Below are positions 52,620 to 62,113 of a stretch of 64,000 nucleotides of DNA, one piece after another. Each line of letters begins with the position of its first letter. The stretch's first letter is position 1. The position numbers were made by a program, and so were the translations under genes. The notes beneath the pieces were generated by a model, which saw only the letters and a program-made list of their open reading frames with translations, had not been told where the DNA came from and searched no databases. The DNA is from Actinomycetota bacterium (lineage in GTDB: Bacteria > Actinomycetota > CADDZG01 > JAHWKV01). The DNA lies in NCBI GenBank assembly GCA_052389675.1, contig JBQTHR010000022.1:2891-66890 (forward strand), in the 5' to 3' direction.

Positions 52620-54923
52620 GTGAGCATCGCCGCCGTGCTGCTGGTCCACGTCGCCGTGGCGCTGGTGGCGCCGCTAGCGGTCCGCTGGCTGGGGCGCCGG
52701 GTCTTCTACCTGTGCGCTGTGGCACCGGTGATCACCCTGATCTGGGCAGCCGGCATTTCGGGCCGGGTGGTCGCAGGCGAACGGCTGATCCAGCGAATCG
52801 ACTGGGTAGGCCCCCTGGGCCTGGGACTCGACCTACGGATCGACGGCTTCTCTATGCTGATGGTGGTTCTCATAGCGGGCGTTGGTTTGGCGATCTTCAT
52901 CTACTGCCGGTTTTACTTTTCTGACCGGCCGGACCTGGGCCGGTTCGCCGCCACGCTCAGCGCATTCGCCGGCTCCATGCTCGGGGTGGTCCTGGCAGAC
53001 AATCTCATAGCTCTGTACGTCTTTTGGGAACTGACCTCGATAACCAGCTACCTGCTGATCGGGTTCGAGGATGGCAAGGCGGCCGCCCGATCGGCCGCCT
53101 TGCAAGCGATCCTGGTTACCGGCGCCGGGGGCCTGGCGATGCTGGCCGGCTTCGTAATACTCGGTCAGGCTGCGGGCAGCTACTCGATATCGGCGCTGCT
53201 GGAGTCACCTCCCGCCGGAGCAGCGGTGGGGGCCGGGCTGATCCTGGTCCTGCTGGGTGCGTTCACCAAGTCGGCACAGGTACCGTTTCATTTCTGGTTG
53301 CCCGGAGCAATGGCCGCCCCTACTCCGGTCAGCGCCTACCTGCACTCGGCCACGATGGTCAAGGCCGGCGTTTACCTCATTGCCCTGCTGGCCCCCGCAT
53401 TCGCCGATTCTGTCCCTTTCTGGCGCCCGCTGGTGATCGGAGTGGGGTTGGCGACCATGCTGGTCGGGGGATTGCGGGCGCTGGTCCAGCACGACCTGAA
53501 GTTGCTGCTCGCCTTCGGCACGGTGAGCCAACTTGGCTTCCTGGTTGTCCTGGTGGGCAGTGGGCACCCGGATCTGAGTTTCGCCGGGGTGGCGATGATC
53601 CTGGCCCACGGCCTGTTCAAGGCCGCACTGTTCATGTCGGTAGGCATCATCGACCACCAGGCCCGCACCCGCGACCTGCGCCGGCTGAGTGGAGCGCATA
53701 GGAGTCTGCGTTCGACGATGGCGGTGGCAGTGGTGGCGTCGGCGTCGATGGTAGGGCTACCTCCGCTGTTCGGCTTCATTTCCAAGGAAGCTGCCTTCGA
53801 GGCCGTACTCCATGACTCCGGCTGGGTGGTTTCGGCAGGGATCATCGGCGGATCCGTGTTGACCTTTGCCTACACCGCCCGGTTCCTGTGGGGGGGATTT
53901 GCCGACAAGGAACTGGGTCACGGGATTGAGCCGGCCCGGGCGTTTCCGGCAGCGGCAGCCTTCGTTGCTCCTGCCGCGGCACTGGCGTTGCTCACGCTGC
54001 TCTTGGGACTGGTCCCCGGCCCGGCGGACAAGCTTGTTTCCGCATCGGCCAGGTCCCTGGATCCGGAGGCCCGCGGCAGCCTGGCGTTATGGCATGGCTT
54101 CACCCCCGCACTGGGTTTTTCCGTCCTGACGGTTGCTGCTGGTTTGGCGATGTTCTTCAGCCGGGATCGGGTACACCGGTTGCTCAAGCGCTTCCGGGTT
54201 CGTTTGAGCGCCTCAGAGGTCTACGATCAAAGTTTGAAGGGTCTCAACCGGTCGGCCGATCGGATTACCGGCTTCTTCCAGAACGGCTCGCTGCCCGTCT
54301 ACATTGCCGTGATCCTGCTGAGCGTGGTGGCAATCCCGTCCTGGGCCTTGATCCACGGCTTCAACCTGCCCGGCCGGTTGGTGTTCGCCGAGTCGTGGGG
54401 CCAGGTTGCCGTGGGAGCAGGCATCCTGGCGGGAGCGGTCTTTGTTGCAAGGGTCCGCCAGCGTCTTGTCGCAGTGCTGCTGCTCGGCGCGGTGGGATTC
54501 GGTGTGGCAGTGCTGTTCGTGATGCAGGGGGCACCCGATCTGGCGCTGACCCAGCTACTGATCGAAACTCTGGCGCTGGTGATCTTCGTAATGGTGCTGC
54601 GCCATCTTCCTTCGAGTTTTCGCGCAGTCCAATGGCGCTTCGGCCAAGCGCTGCGGGTGGTGGTCTCCGGTTGCGTGGGCATCTTCGTTGCCACTTTTGC
54701 CCTGCTCTCGGCCCACCCGGGCGGCGATGGCCATCTAGCGCGTGAGTACATTGAAAGGGCCTTGCCCGAAGGTGGTGGGCGCAACGTCGTGAACGTTATC
54801 TTGACCGACTTTCGAGCACTGGACACGCTAGGTGAGATAACGGTGCTGACAGTGGCAGCGTTTGGGATTGCCAGCTTGGTGCTGGTTGGGCGAAATCGCG
54901 AGGAGGAGCCGGATGAAGCCTGA
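52620..54923 (+). CDS. mrpA: Na+(K+)/H+ antiporter subunit A
   Basis: 767 aa polytopic NuoL-like; first gene of 7-gene mrp operon with overlapping stops/starts. Confidence 0.85.
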   Translation: MSIAAVLLVHVAVALVAPLAVRWLGRRVFYLCAVAPVITLIWAAGISGRVVAGERLIQRIDWVGPLGLGLDLRIDGFSMLMVVLIAGVGLAIFIYCRFYFSDRPDLGRFAATLSAFAGSMLGVVLADNLIALYVFWELTSITSYLLIGFEDGKAAARSAALQAILVTGAGGLAMLAGFVILGQAAGSYSISALLESPPAGAAVGAGLILVLLGAFTKSAQVPFHFWLPGAMAAPTPVSAYLHSATMVKAGVYLIALLAPAFADSVPFWRPLVIGVGLATMLVGGLRALVQHDLKLLLAFGTVSQLGFLVVLVGSGHPDLSFAGVAMILAHGLFKAALFMSVGIIDHQARTRDLRRLSGAHRSLRSTMAVAVVASASMVGLPPLFGFISKEAAFEAVLHDSGWVVSAGIIGGSVLTFAYTARFLWGGFADKELGHGIEPARAFPAAAAFVAPAAALALLTLLLGLVPGPADKLVSASARSLDPEARGSLALWHGFTPALGFSVLTVAAGLAMFFSRDRVHRLLKRFRVRLSASEVYDQSLKGLNRSADRITGFFQNGSLPVYIAVILLSVVAIPSWALIHGFNLPGRLVFAESWGQVAVGAGILAGAVFVARVRQRLVAVLLLGAVGFGVAVLFVMQGAPDLALTQLLIETLALVIFVMVLRHLPSSFRAVQWRFGQALRVVVSGCVGIFVATFALLSAHPGGDGHLAREYIERALPEGGGRNVVNVILTDFRALDTLGEITVLTVAAFGIASLVLVGRNREEEPDEA

Positions 54924-55341
54924 CCGGTCCATGATCCTGGCGACCTCGGTGGACCTGATTTTCCCTGCCGTGCTCATGTTCTCGCTTTTCCTGCTCTTTG
55001 CCGGGCACAACGCCCCGGGGGGCGGATTCGTCGGCGGGCTTACGGCCGGAGCAGCCTTCGTCCTGCGCTACATCGATGCCGGCCCGGCCGCCATCCGTAC
55101 TCCCGGCCGGCTTCCCGGCCGCCTGCTCGGAGCTGGTCTGGGAGTTGCGATACTCGCCGGATGCATCGGCTGGCTGGGCGGGGGCGATTTCTTGGAGGCG
55201 ATCAAAGTATCGCTGGAGCTGCCGTTGATCGGCACCCTCAAGGCCAGCTCAGCGCTGTTGTTCGATGTTGGGGTTTACCTGGTGGTTGTCGGGCTGGTCC
55301 TGACGGTTCTTGCTGTGCTGGGCGCCGAGGAGCAGCGATGA
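54913..55341 (+). CDS. mrpB: antiporter subunit B
   Basis: about 143 aa, 4 TM; start overlaps mrpA end. Confidence 0.7.
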   Translation: MKPDRSMILATSVDLIFPAVLMFSLFLLFAGHNAPGGGFVGGLTAGAAFVLRYIDAGPAAIRTPGRLPGRLLGAGLGVAILAGCIGWLGGGDFLEAIKVSLELPLIGTLKASSALLFDVGVYLVVVGLVLTVLAVLGAEEQR

Positions 55342-55697
55342 TCGTGGTCCTGGTGATGGTGGTCGGCGGGCTTTACGCAATCGGCACCTACTTGCTTCTT
55401 CAGCGCAGCCTGACCCGGATCATCCTCGGGCTCGGACTGATGGGCCACGGCGCCAACCTGCTTTTGCTCGCCGCCGGTGGCCGGGCAGGGCGGCCCCCGA
55501 TAGTGGGGCTGGGGCCGGTGGAGTCCTTCACAGACCCGGTCCCGCAGGCTCTTGCTCTTACCGCAATCGTTATCACCTTCGGGGTCACCTCGTTCCTGCT
55601 GGCGCTCGCCTATCGCAGCTGGCGCCTCAGGAATGACGACGAGGTGGAGGACGACGTGGAGGATCGGCGGATCGCCCGGCTGGGGAACCAGGAATGA
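55338..55697 (+). CDS. mrpC: antiporter subunit C (NuoK-like)
   Basis: ATGA overlap with mrpB; 3 TM about 119 aa. Confidence 0.8.
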   Translation: MIVVLVMVVGGLYAIGTYLLLQRSLTRIILGLGLMGHGANLLLLAAGGRAGRPPIVGLGPVESFTDPVPQALALTAIVITFGVTSFLLALAYRSWRLRNDDEVEDDVEDRRIARLGNQE

Positions 55698-57235
55698 ACG
55701 TGGTGGTCCCTGCCCTGATGGCATTGCCCCTGTTTGGGGCCGCCGCGTCGCTGGTTAGCCACGGGTATATAAGGTTGCAGCGGCTGATCAGCGTGCTGGT
55801 CCTGTCGGCAAACCTGGGGGCGGCCGCATGGCTGCTGATCAGGGTCGTGGCGTCGGGCCCGGTGGCGGTAAACGTGGGCGGCTGGCCGGCTCCGCTGGCG
55901 ATCACTCTCGTCGCCGACATATTCTCGGGCCTCATGCTGGTGGTCGCCGGCGTGATGGTCCTGACAGTTTTGCTCTATGCCATCGGCAGTCCGGCAACCC
56001 GGGATCAGCGACTTTTCTTTCATCCGATGTTCCTGGTGCTTTCTTCGGGGATATCGCTGTCTTTTCTTGCCGGGGACCTGTTCAACCTGTTCGTGGCGTT
56101 CGAGGTAATGCTCAGCTCCAGCTATGTGCTGTTAACCCTGGGGGGCCGTGAGGATCAGGTTCGTTCCGGGATGACCTACATGGTGATCAGCTTGCTGGCG
56201 TCGACATTGTTCATCACCGCAATCGGATTGATTTATGCGTCAACCGGAACCGTGAATATGGCCGAGTTGGCGGTCAAGATTCCCGAGTTGCCCGACGGGG
56301 TCCGCCAAGGCTTAGGTTTGCTGCTGCTGGTGGTGTTCGGAATCAAGGCGGCGATCTTCCCCCTGTTTTTCTGGCTGCCCGACGCCTACCCCACCACACC
56401 CACCCCGGTGACTGCGGTTTTCGCCGGTTTGCTCACCAAGGTCGGGGTATACGCCATCATCAGGACCCAGACTCTTATGTTTCCTCCGGAGGGCCCATCC
56501 ACCCTGCTGCTGGCCATCGCCGGCGCAACCATGCTGGTGGGGGTACTGGGGGCGATTGCCCAGAACGAGATAAAACGGATTCTCAGTTTCCACATCGTCA
56601 GCCAGATCGGCTACATGATCTTCGGCCTGGGATTGTTCACGGTGGCCGGGATTGCCGGGGCGATCTTCTACATCCTGCATCACATTGTCGTAAAAACCAC
56701 GCTGTTTCTGGTCGGAGGACTGGTGGAGGCAGCCACCGGCACCGGGGTGCTCAGACGCCTGGGAGGCTTGGTCCATTCAATGCCGATGGCCGCGACCTTC
56801 TTCATGATCCCCGCCCTCAGCCTGGCGGGCCTACCACCATCGTCGGGCTTCATCGCCAAGCTGGCGCTGGTCCAGGAGGGCATTGCCCAGGAGAGATTCT
56901 TGGTGGTGGGAGTTAGTCTGCTGGTAAGTCTTTTGACCCTGTTCTCGATGACCAAGATCTGGGCCGGGACCTTCTGGGGCACTGCCGACGAGGAACCCGT
57001 CTCCGCCGCCCGGCCCCGCGGAACCGCAGAGACCGGGGCGGCCGTGACCGGGGGGACAGGGGGGACTGGGGGAACCGGCGGGGTGTCGAAGCTGGCGCTG
57101 TGGGCCACTGGTGCGCTGGTTGCGCTCAGCCTGGCGATAGCCGCAGGGGGTGGCGTCGTCTACGACGTCAGCGCCCAGGCCGCCGTTTGGATGTCCCAGC
57201 CGGGGCTCTATGTCGCCCTGGTGCTCGGCCCGTGA
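55694..57235 (+). CDS. mrpD: antiporter subunit D (NuoM/N-like)
   Basis: 513 aa polytopic, proton-pumping subunit family. Confidence 0.85.
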   Translation: MNVVVPALMALPLFGAAASLVSHGYIRLQRLISVLVLSANLGAAAWLLIRVVASGPVAVNVGGWPAPLAITLVADIFSGLMLVVAGVMVLTVLLYAIGSPATRDQRLFFHPMFLVLSSGISLSFLAGDLFNLFVAFEVMLSSSYVLLTLGGREDQVRSGMTYMVISLLASTLFITAIGLIYASTGTVNMAELAVKIPELPDGVRQGLGLLLLVVFGIKAAIFPLFFWLPDAYPTTPTPVTAVFAGLLTKVGVYAIIRTQTLMFPPEGPSTLLLAIAGATMLVGVLGAIAQNEIKRILSFHIVSQIGYMIFGLGLFTVAGIAGAIFYILHHIVVKTTLFLVGGLVEAATGTGVLRRLGGLVHSMPMAATFFMIPALSLAGLPPSSGFIAKLALVQEGIAQERFLVVGVSLLVSLLTLFSMTKIWAGTFWGTADEEPVSAARPRGTAETGAAVTGGTGGTGGTGGVSKLALWATGALVALSLAIAAGGGVVYDVSAQAAVWMSQPGLYVALVLGP

Positions 57236-57771
57236 GGGCCAAAGGGGCCCGCCTGGTTGGTCTGGTTTTGCTTTGGGTGTGCTTGTGGGAGGACGTCAGT
57301 TTGGGAAACCTTCTTGCGGGAAGCGTTCTTGCCGCAGGGATCCTGGCCGTTTTTTCGTCCCGGGATCACCCACGGATCGGAAAGCTTCGGCCTGCGGGGG
57401 CCATCAAATTCTTCTTCGTCTTTATGGGGAAGCTGCTGATAGCCAGCGCAGTGGTCGCCTGGGAGGCGGTCACCCCGTCCTCGCGCATCAACGAGGGCAT
57501 TGTGGCGGTTCCCATCCGGGGCTTCTCCGAGGCGCTCACCACCCTTGTGGCCAACGCGATCTCGCTCACTCCGGGAACCCTGACCATTGAGGTGTTTCAC
57601 AACCCGACGATCTTGTTCGTCCACGTCTTGCACCTGAGCGATGTGGAGACGGTGCGGCGTGAGGTAGACCAGCTGGAATTGCTGGCAGCCAGGGCCTTTG
57701 GCAGCGATGAGGCCATTGCCATTGCCAGTGGAAGCTACCGTGTACCGCGGCAGCTGAAGGGCCGGGACTGA
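57232..57771 (+). CDS. mrpE: antiporter subunit E
   Basis: GTG start overlapping mrpD stop (GTGA); about 179 aa. Confidence 0.7.
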   Translation: MRAKGARLVGLVLLWVCLWEDVSLGNLLAGSVLAAGILAVFSSRDHPRIGKLRPAGAIKFFFVFMGKLLIASAVVAWEAVTPSSRINEGIVAVPIRGFSEALTTLVANAISLTPGTLTIEVFHNPTILFVHVLHLSDVETVRREVDQLELLAARAFGSDEAIAIASGSYRVPRQLKGRD

Positions 57772-57838
57772 TGCCTTGCTCCGGGCGGGCAGCAGATCTC
57801 GTTAATTGCCTCCCGAACCCTGAGAGGGGCTGGCACTG

Positions 57839-58102
57839 ATGGAGGAAGTTACGCTCCTGGCACTTGGGGTACTGGCCGCCGCGGCGCTGCTGTGCTCTGT
57901 CCGGCTAAGTCGGGGTCCGTCGCTGGCCAACCGGATCGTGGCCCTGGACACCCTGCTGGTAGTCATTGTCGCCGGTGTCGCGGTCGGGGCAATCCGGACG
58001 GGCCGTTCGGTTTTCCTGGATTTCATGGTGGTGGCGGCACTGCTCGGCTTCATCGGTACGGTTACGGTGGCCAGGGCCATCGAAGGCAGGAACAAACAAT
58101 GA
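57839..58102 (+). CDS. mrpF: antiporter subunit F
   Basis: 87 aa, 3 TM. Confidence 0.75.
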   Translation: MEEVTLLALGVLAAAALLCSVRLSRGPSLANRIVALDTLLVVIVAGVAVGAIRTGRSVFLDFMVVAALLGFIGTVTVARAIEGRNKQ

Positions 58103-58434
58103 TCCAGGTAGTTTCCGCCATCCTGTTGCTGCTCGGTGTAGCCCTGATCCTGCTGGCCGGTGCGGGGCTGATCCGTTTCCCGGACGTCTTTGCCCGGATG
58201 CACGCCGCCACCAAAGCGGCAACTCTGGGTCTGCTGCTAGTCCTCATTGCAACCGGGCTCCAGCTGGGATCTGTGGGCAGCGCCGCAAAATTGTCGCTTG
58301 TAGGGATTTTCATGTTCATCACCGCGCCGGTCGGGGCGCACATGGTGGGGCGGGCCGCCTACCGGGCGGGAGAGGATCTGGCTTCCGATACCACGGTGGA
58401 CGAACTGGCCGGCCGGAGCGACTCCAGCGACTGA
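58099..58434 (+). CDS. mrpG: antiporter subunit G
   Basis: ATGA overlap with mrpF; about 111 aa, 3 TM. Confidence 0.75.
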   Translation: MIQVVSAILLLLGVALILLAGAGLIRFPDVFARMHAATKAATLGLLLVLIATGLQLGSVGSAAKLSLVGIFMFITAPVGAHMVGRAAYRAGEDLASDTTVDELAGRSDSSD

Positions 58435-58467
58435 GACTAAGAGAAGCAGGCCGGTTCAAAGTACGGT

Positions 58468-59046
58468 TCAGGTGGGCGACACCTCACGATAGTCGTCTCG
58501 CGAGACGGATCCGGCCACCAGCGTTCCGTCCCCGCGGGGCACGTCTACCGGCTGACCCTCCAGGGTGAACGAAACCCGCCCCACGCCCGGCCGGCCGGTC
58601 AGGGTCATGACCAGTTGAGCTATGGCCAATCGCTGGCGGGTCACGTCCAAAGACGTGAAACTGAGCGCCAGATCCACCGCAGCCACACCGCCCACCAAGC
58701 CGGCGCTTCTGACCGCTTCCTCCTGCTCGGCAACCGCCGAGGCCAACCCCTGACTGGTCTCGGCCCTGGTGGCACCTTCGACAAGCAGTTGGGCCACCGC
58801 CGACATTGAGGAATCTTCAATCATGCGTTCAACGGGGACAAGCCGACCACCGGTGGAGTCGATCAGGAATATCTGGACGGCGGACCCGGCCACCGGGGCA
58901 GGCGACTGGGGCTCCGGGGAAGGCTCGGGATCAGAAAGGCCGAAGGGAACGTCGGTCAGCGGCTGGGCCTGCCGGTCCAGGGGGATCCCGCACCCTGCGA
59001 GCCCTGCCAAGATCGCGAACAAGACCGGTACCGTCGCCCTCCTCAC
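58468..59046 (-). CDS. GerMN-domain lipoprotein (LpqB-like but much shorter)
   Basis: Lipobox LAGLAGCG; GerMN-like segment VQIFLIDSTGGRLVPVER; 4-nt overlap with upstream kinase gene. Confidence 0.6.
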   Translation of the reverse strand: MRRATVPVLFAILAGLAGCGIPLDRQAQPLTDVPFGLSDPEPSPEPQSPAPVAGSAVQIFLIDSTGGRLVPVERMIEDSSMSAVAQLLVEGATRAETSQGLASAVAEQEEAVRSAGLVGGVAAVDLALSFTSLDVTRQRLAIAQLVMTLTGRPGVGRVSFTLEGQPVDVPRGDGTLVAGSVSRDDYREVSPT

Positions 59047-60404
59047 AGGTTCGGCTCCAGGGGCAGCTCGACCACAAACTTTGAGCCACCGCCCGGCCTG
59101 GGTTGGTAAACCACCTTGCCGCCGTGGAGTGTGACGTGTTCGGATACCAGCGACAGACCCAGCCCGGCGCCGGAATGCGGGCTTCGCAGTGCGGCTTGTC
59201 CCCGGGTGAATCGCTCGAAGACCAAGCCGCTCTCCTCCTCCGGGATTCCCGGACCCTCGTCCTCCACCACCAGCCGGAGTTGGGAGCTATTCCTCGACTC
59301 CACCCGGATCGCAGTGACCCCCCCTGCATAACGCTCGGCGTTGTCGATGAGGTTCTGGAGCACCTGCGCCAATCTCCTCTTGTCCAGCATGACCTCCGTG
59401 GGCACCCCATCGCCGACCTTAACGGGAACGTCGCCTTTACCCAAACGAGCCAGTTGCGTACGGACGAAGGCTGCCGGATCTACGGGCTCGAGTTGAAGGT
59501 TCGATACCTCGGAATCGAAGCGGGACAACTCGAGCAGGTCCTCCACCAGTGCATGGAGATCTTTGACTCGGCCCTCCATATCGTCGAGGATCTGGTCGTT
59601 CTCACTGGGGCTCTTGCGTCGCCGGGCAACGTTGATGGCTGAGAACAGCGCAGCAACCGGGGATCTCAATTCATGGCTGAGCTGTGATGTGAAGCGGGCT
59701 TCTCTATCGATTCGCTTCTGGACCGCGTCTGCCATGTGGTTGAAGGATCGGGCGAGCACCCTTAGATCACGGTCCTTCAGTGCTGCGATTCGGGTGTCCA
59801 GGCCCCCTTCGGCTATTCGTTCTGCGGCAGAGCTGAACTGGCTGAGTGGCCGCAGGATCCGGCCGCTCACCAGCCAGCCGATCCCCGCACCCAACAGGGT
59901 GCAGATTCCGGCCACCAGGCTCAGCCTTTGCGCCAGAACGCCGAGCGTTCTGCGGATGTCGCCCACCGATACCAGTTCGTAGTACTGGGCGTTGAACTCA
60001 GGTATGCCGACGCCGACGGCCACAAACGGTTCGCCCTCCATCTCGATGATCTGGCGGGCAGCCCGGCCCTCGGTTGCCTGGCGGGTCAAGGAAGCGGGCA
60101 GCGAACTGGGGCTAACGGCAACCGATTCGGAGAACCATTCCCCAGCCACGCGGGCGAGTGCCCGGGACTCGGACCCGCCCTGTAGCTGCGGCAGCGCATC
60201 GCCTACCTGCTGATCGCCCGACCGAAGGACGCCCCGGATGAACCGGGCATTCAGATAGCTTTGGCTGCGCGCGTTCGACTCCCGTTCTTCTACAAGATGG
60301 CTGCGGGTTACCGCATAGGCGAAGAAGGCAAGGGAGCTCGACAGGACCAGAGCGATGACCCCCCAAGCCAGGGTTACCCGGGCCCGCAGGCCCAAAGATC
60401 CCAC
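59043..60404 (-). CDS. two-component sensor histidine kinase (MtrB-like) without adjacent response regulator
   Basis: Two TM + HAMP; H-box SHELRSPVAAL; N/G boxes LIDNAERYA, GPGIPEEE...GAGLGLS. Confidence 0.8.
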   Translation of the reverse strand: MGSLGLRARVTLAWGVIALVLSSSLAFFAYAVTRSHLVEERESNARSQSYLNARFIRGVLRSGDQQVGDALPQLQGGSESRALARVAGEWFSESVAVSPSSLPASLTRQATEGRAARQIIEMEGEPFVAVGVGIPEFNAQYYELVSVGDIRRTLGVLAQRLSLVAGICTLLGAGIGWLVSGRILRPLSQFSSAAERIAEGGLDTRIAALKDRDLRVLARSFNHMADAVQKRIDREARFTSQLSHELRSPVAALFSAINVARRRKSPSENDQILDDMEGRVKDLHALVEDLLELSRFDSEVSNLQLEPVDPAAFVRTQLARLGKGDVPVKVGDGVPTEVMLDKRRLAQVLQNLIDNAERYAGGVTAIRVESRNSSQLRLVVEDEGPGIPEEESGLVFERFTRGQAALRSPHSGAGLGLSLVSEHVTLHGGKVVYQPRPGGGSKFVVELPLEPNL

Positions 60405-60598
60405 GGCGCCTCAGTTACGGTGCTGGTAGCGCATCACTCCTAACCTTAGCGAACCCGGTAGGGTTGGAGTGCAGCTACAGGGATTGCCGTCCGACCGGCC
60501 CTGCGCAGGCCAGCCAGGTTCCGTGGTTGAGGCCCCGCCGTGACCGCGGTAAGGCTTCACTTGAACGCCGAGAAGACCCGGTGGCCAGGATTTGAGGA

Positions 60599-60913
60599 TC
60601 AGCCGGCGGTCAGGCCGAACGGGCTACCTTCCGAGTCCCGGCAAATCGCCCATTTCTGGCCGGGATGGATGACGGTTCCGCCCAAATCGGGCACTTTCGC
60701 AAGTGCGGCCGCAAGGTTGGGGACCCGCAGGTAAGGGATGGAAACCGAGTCACCCGGCCCCCGTCCCCGGGAATGCAACCCAAACTCCGTCCCGCCCGAG
60801 TGAGTTTGCCAGCCCTCGCCCTCGTCCCCGGCTCGCTCCTTCAGATCCAATTGGAGCAGGCCGACCCAAAACCCGCGGGCTCGGTCCGAATCGTCGAAGG
60901 GGAATTCGATCAT
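60599..60913 (-). CDS. VOC (glyoxalase/bleomycin-resistance fold) family protein
   Basis: about 105 aa; FWVGLLQLDL...GTEFGLH and paired beta-alpha-beta-beta-beta module pattern. Confidence 0.55.
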   Translation of the reverse strand: MIEFPFDDSDRARGFWVGLLQLDLKERAGDEGEGWQTHSGGTEFGLHSRGRGPGDSVSIPYLRVPNLAAALAKVPDLGGTVIHPGQKWAICRDSEGSPFGLTAG

Positions 60914-60960
60914 GTGAACCGGCGACGGCATAACGGCAAGGATAGCCGGTCTTAAGAATG

Positions 60961-61872
60961 TCAATTCAGCGGCTTGAAGGCGGTTGCCATCATGTTCCCC
61001 GCGGGCAACCAGATCATCCGGGAGCCCAGCGCTCCCTCCAACGCTAAGAGCACCCGCTCTTTCAGGTCCGCCGGCAAGGGGAGCAGCCGAGCCCAGTAGC
61101 GGAGCGGATACCGATTGATGACTCTAGTTACCGCTACGTGGTGGTACCCGGTGGACTCCAACAGGTAGCGCAGGCTGGTGGGACAGAACAGTTGAAGGTG
61201 CTCGATATCGTAAATTGGCGATTTTTCTCCCAGCAGGCGCGCCGAAAGCGAACGGCGATTGTGGCAAATCACGTACACAGCACCCCCTGGTACCAGAAGA
61301 GAAAAAATCGCCCTGAACATCTCGGCCGGATTCGGGACGTGTTCGATGGTCTGGAAGCAGGTCACGAGGCTCAGGTGCTCGCCGGCAACAAGGCTCACTT
61401 GACCGAAAAGGCCCTGCCGGATCAGCCCCTTTACGTCGGAGGCCGCTGCTTCGATTGGAGCAGTCGAAGGCTCAACCCCGACCACGTTGCTGAACCCGGC
61501 AGCCAGCAGTTCCTGCAGGAAAGAACCGTCCCCGGCGCCGATGTCCAGGGCTCCTTCGAGGGTCGGGAGGCGAGGGATGATTTGCGTCAGGTGACGGGCG
61601 TAGGTCCGGGCGGCGCATCGGGCTTCCTCCCCGCTGTCATACGAAGCCTCCCGGTATGCGTCGCCCAGGTCCTTTTGATCAGGAGCAGGGTTGGCGTAGG
61701 CCAAACCGCAGCAGTCGCAAACCACCAGGCGGTAGTGCATGTACTCGGGCAGCTTGCGTGAGGCAAAGGCGAAGCCGTCGAGCCGGTCGAGGTTGATCTT
61801 TTCCTCTACCAGAACGCTCGACCTCTGTTCCCCGCACACAGGGCAGTTTCGAGCGCTGCGGCTGAGTTTCAA
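60961..61872 (-). CDS. SAM-dependent methyltransferase with N-terminal CxxC...CxxC zinc-binding domain (sugar C/O-methyltransferase-like)
   Basis: CPVCGEQ...CDCCGLAY Zn ribbon; motif I LDIGAGDGSF; resembles TylCIII/NovU-type architecture but shorter. Confidence 0.65.
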   Translation of the reverse strand: MKLSRSARNCPVCGEQRSSVLVEEKINLDRLDGFAFASRKLPEYMHYRLVVCDCCGLAYANPAPDQKDLGDAYREASYDSGEEARCAARTYARHLTQIIPRLPTLEGALDIGAGDGSFLQELLAAGFSNVVGVEPSTAPIEAAASDVKGLIRQGLFGQVSLVAGEHLSLVTCFQTIEHVPNPAEMFRAIFSLLVPGGAVYVICHNRRSLSARLLGEKSPIYDIEHLQLFCPTSLRYLLESTGYHHVAVTRVINRYPLRYWARLLPLPADLKERVLLALEGALGSRMIWLPAGNMMATAFKPLN

Positions 61873-62113
61873 ATCCGGGCGATCGTGGACAGCGTTTTAA
61901 CGGTCATGCCCAGTATGCCGATGACATTGGGGTGTAAAGGAAGGGCGGGCAGAATTGGAATAATCGGCTCGATCCAGCGCTGGAACAGCGGGCCGCAGGC
62001 GTCCCGGCCGATTCCGGGAGTGTGAACGTCAACATACTCCGCCCCGACCGGACGGCAGTTAGAGATGAGAATCTGAAGACCAGCGCAACCAGCGCCGTCC
62101 ATCTGGTCACGGC

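Noticed and set aside
61869-62102. 77-aa minus-strand ORF overlapping the methyltransferase stop by 4 nt
   Set aside because: No motif and poor amino-acid composition; likely spurious, though translational coupling cannot be excluded.
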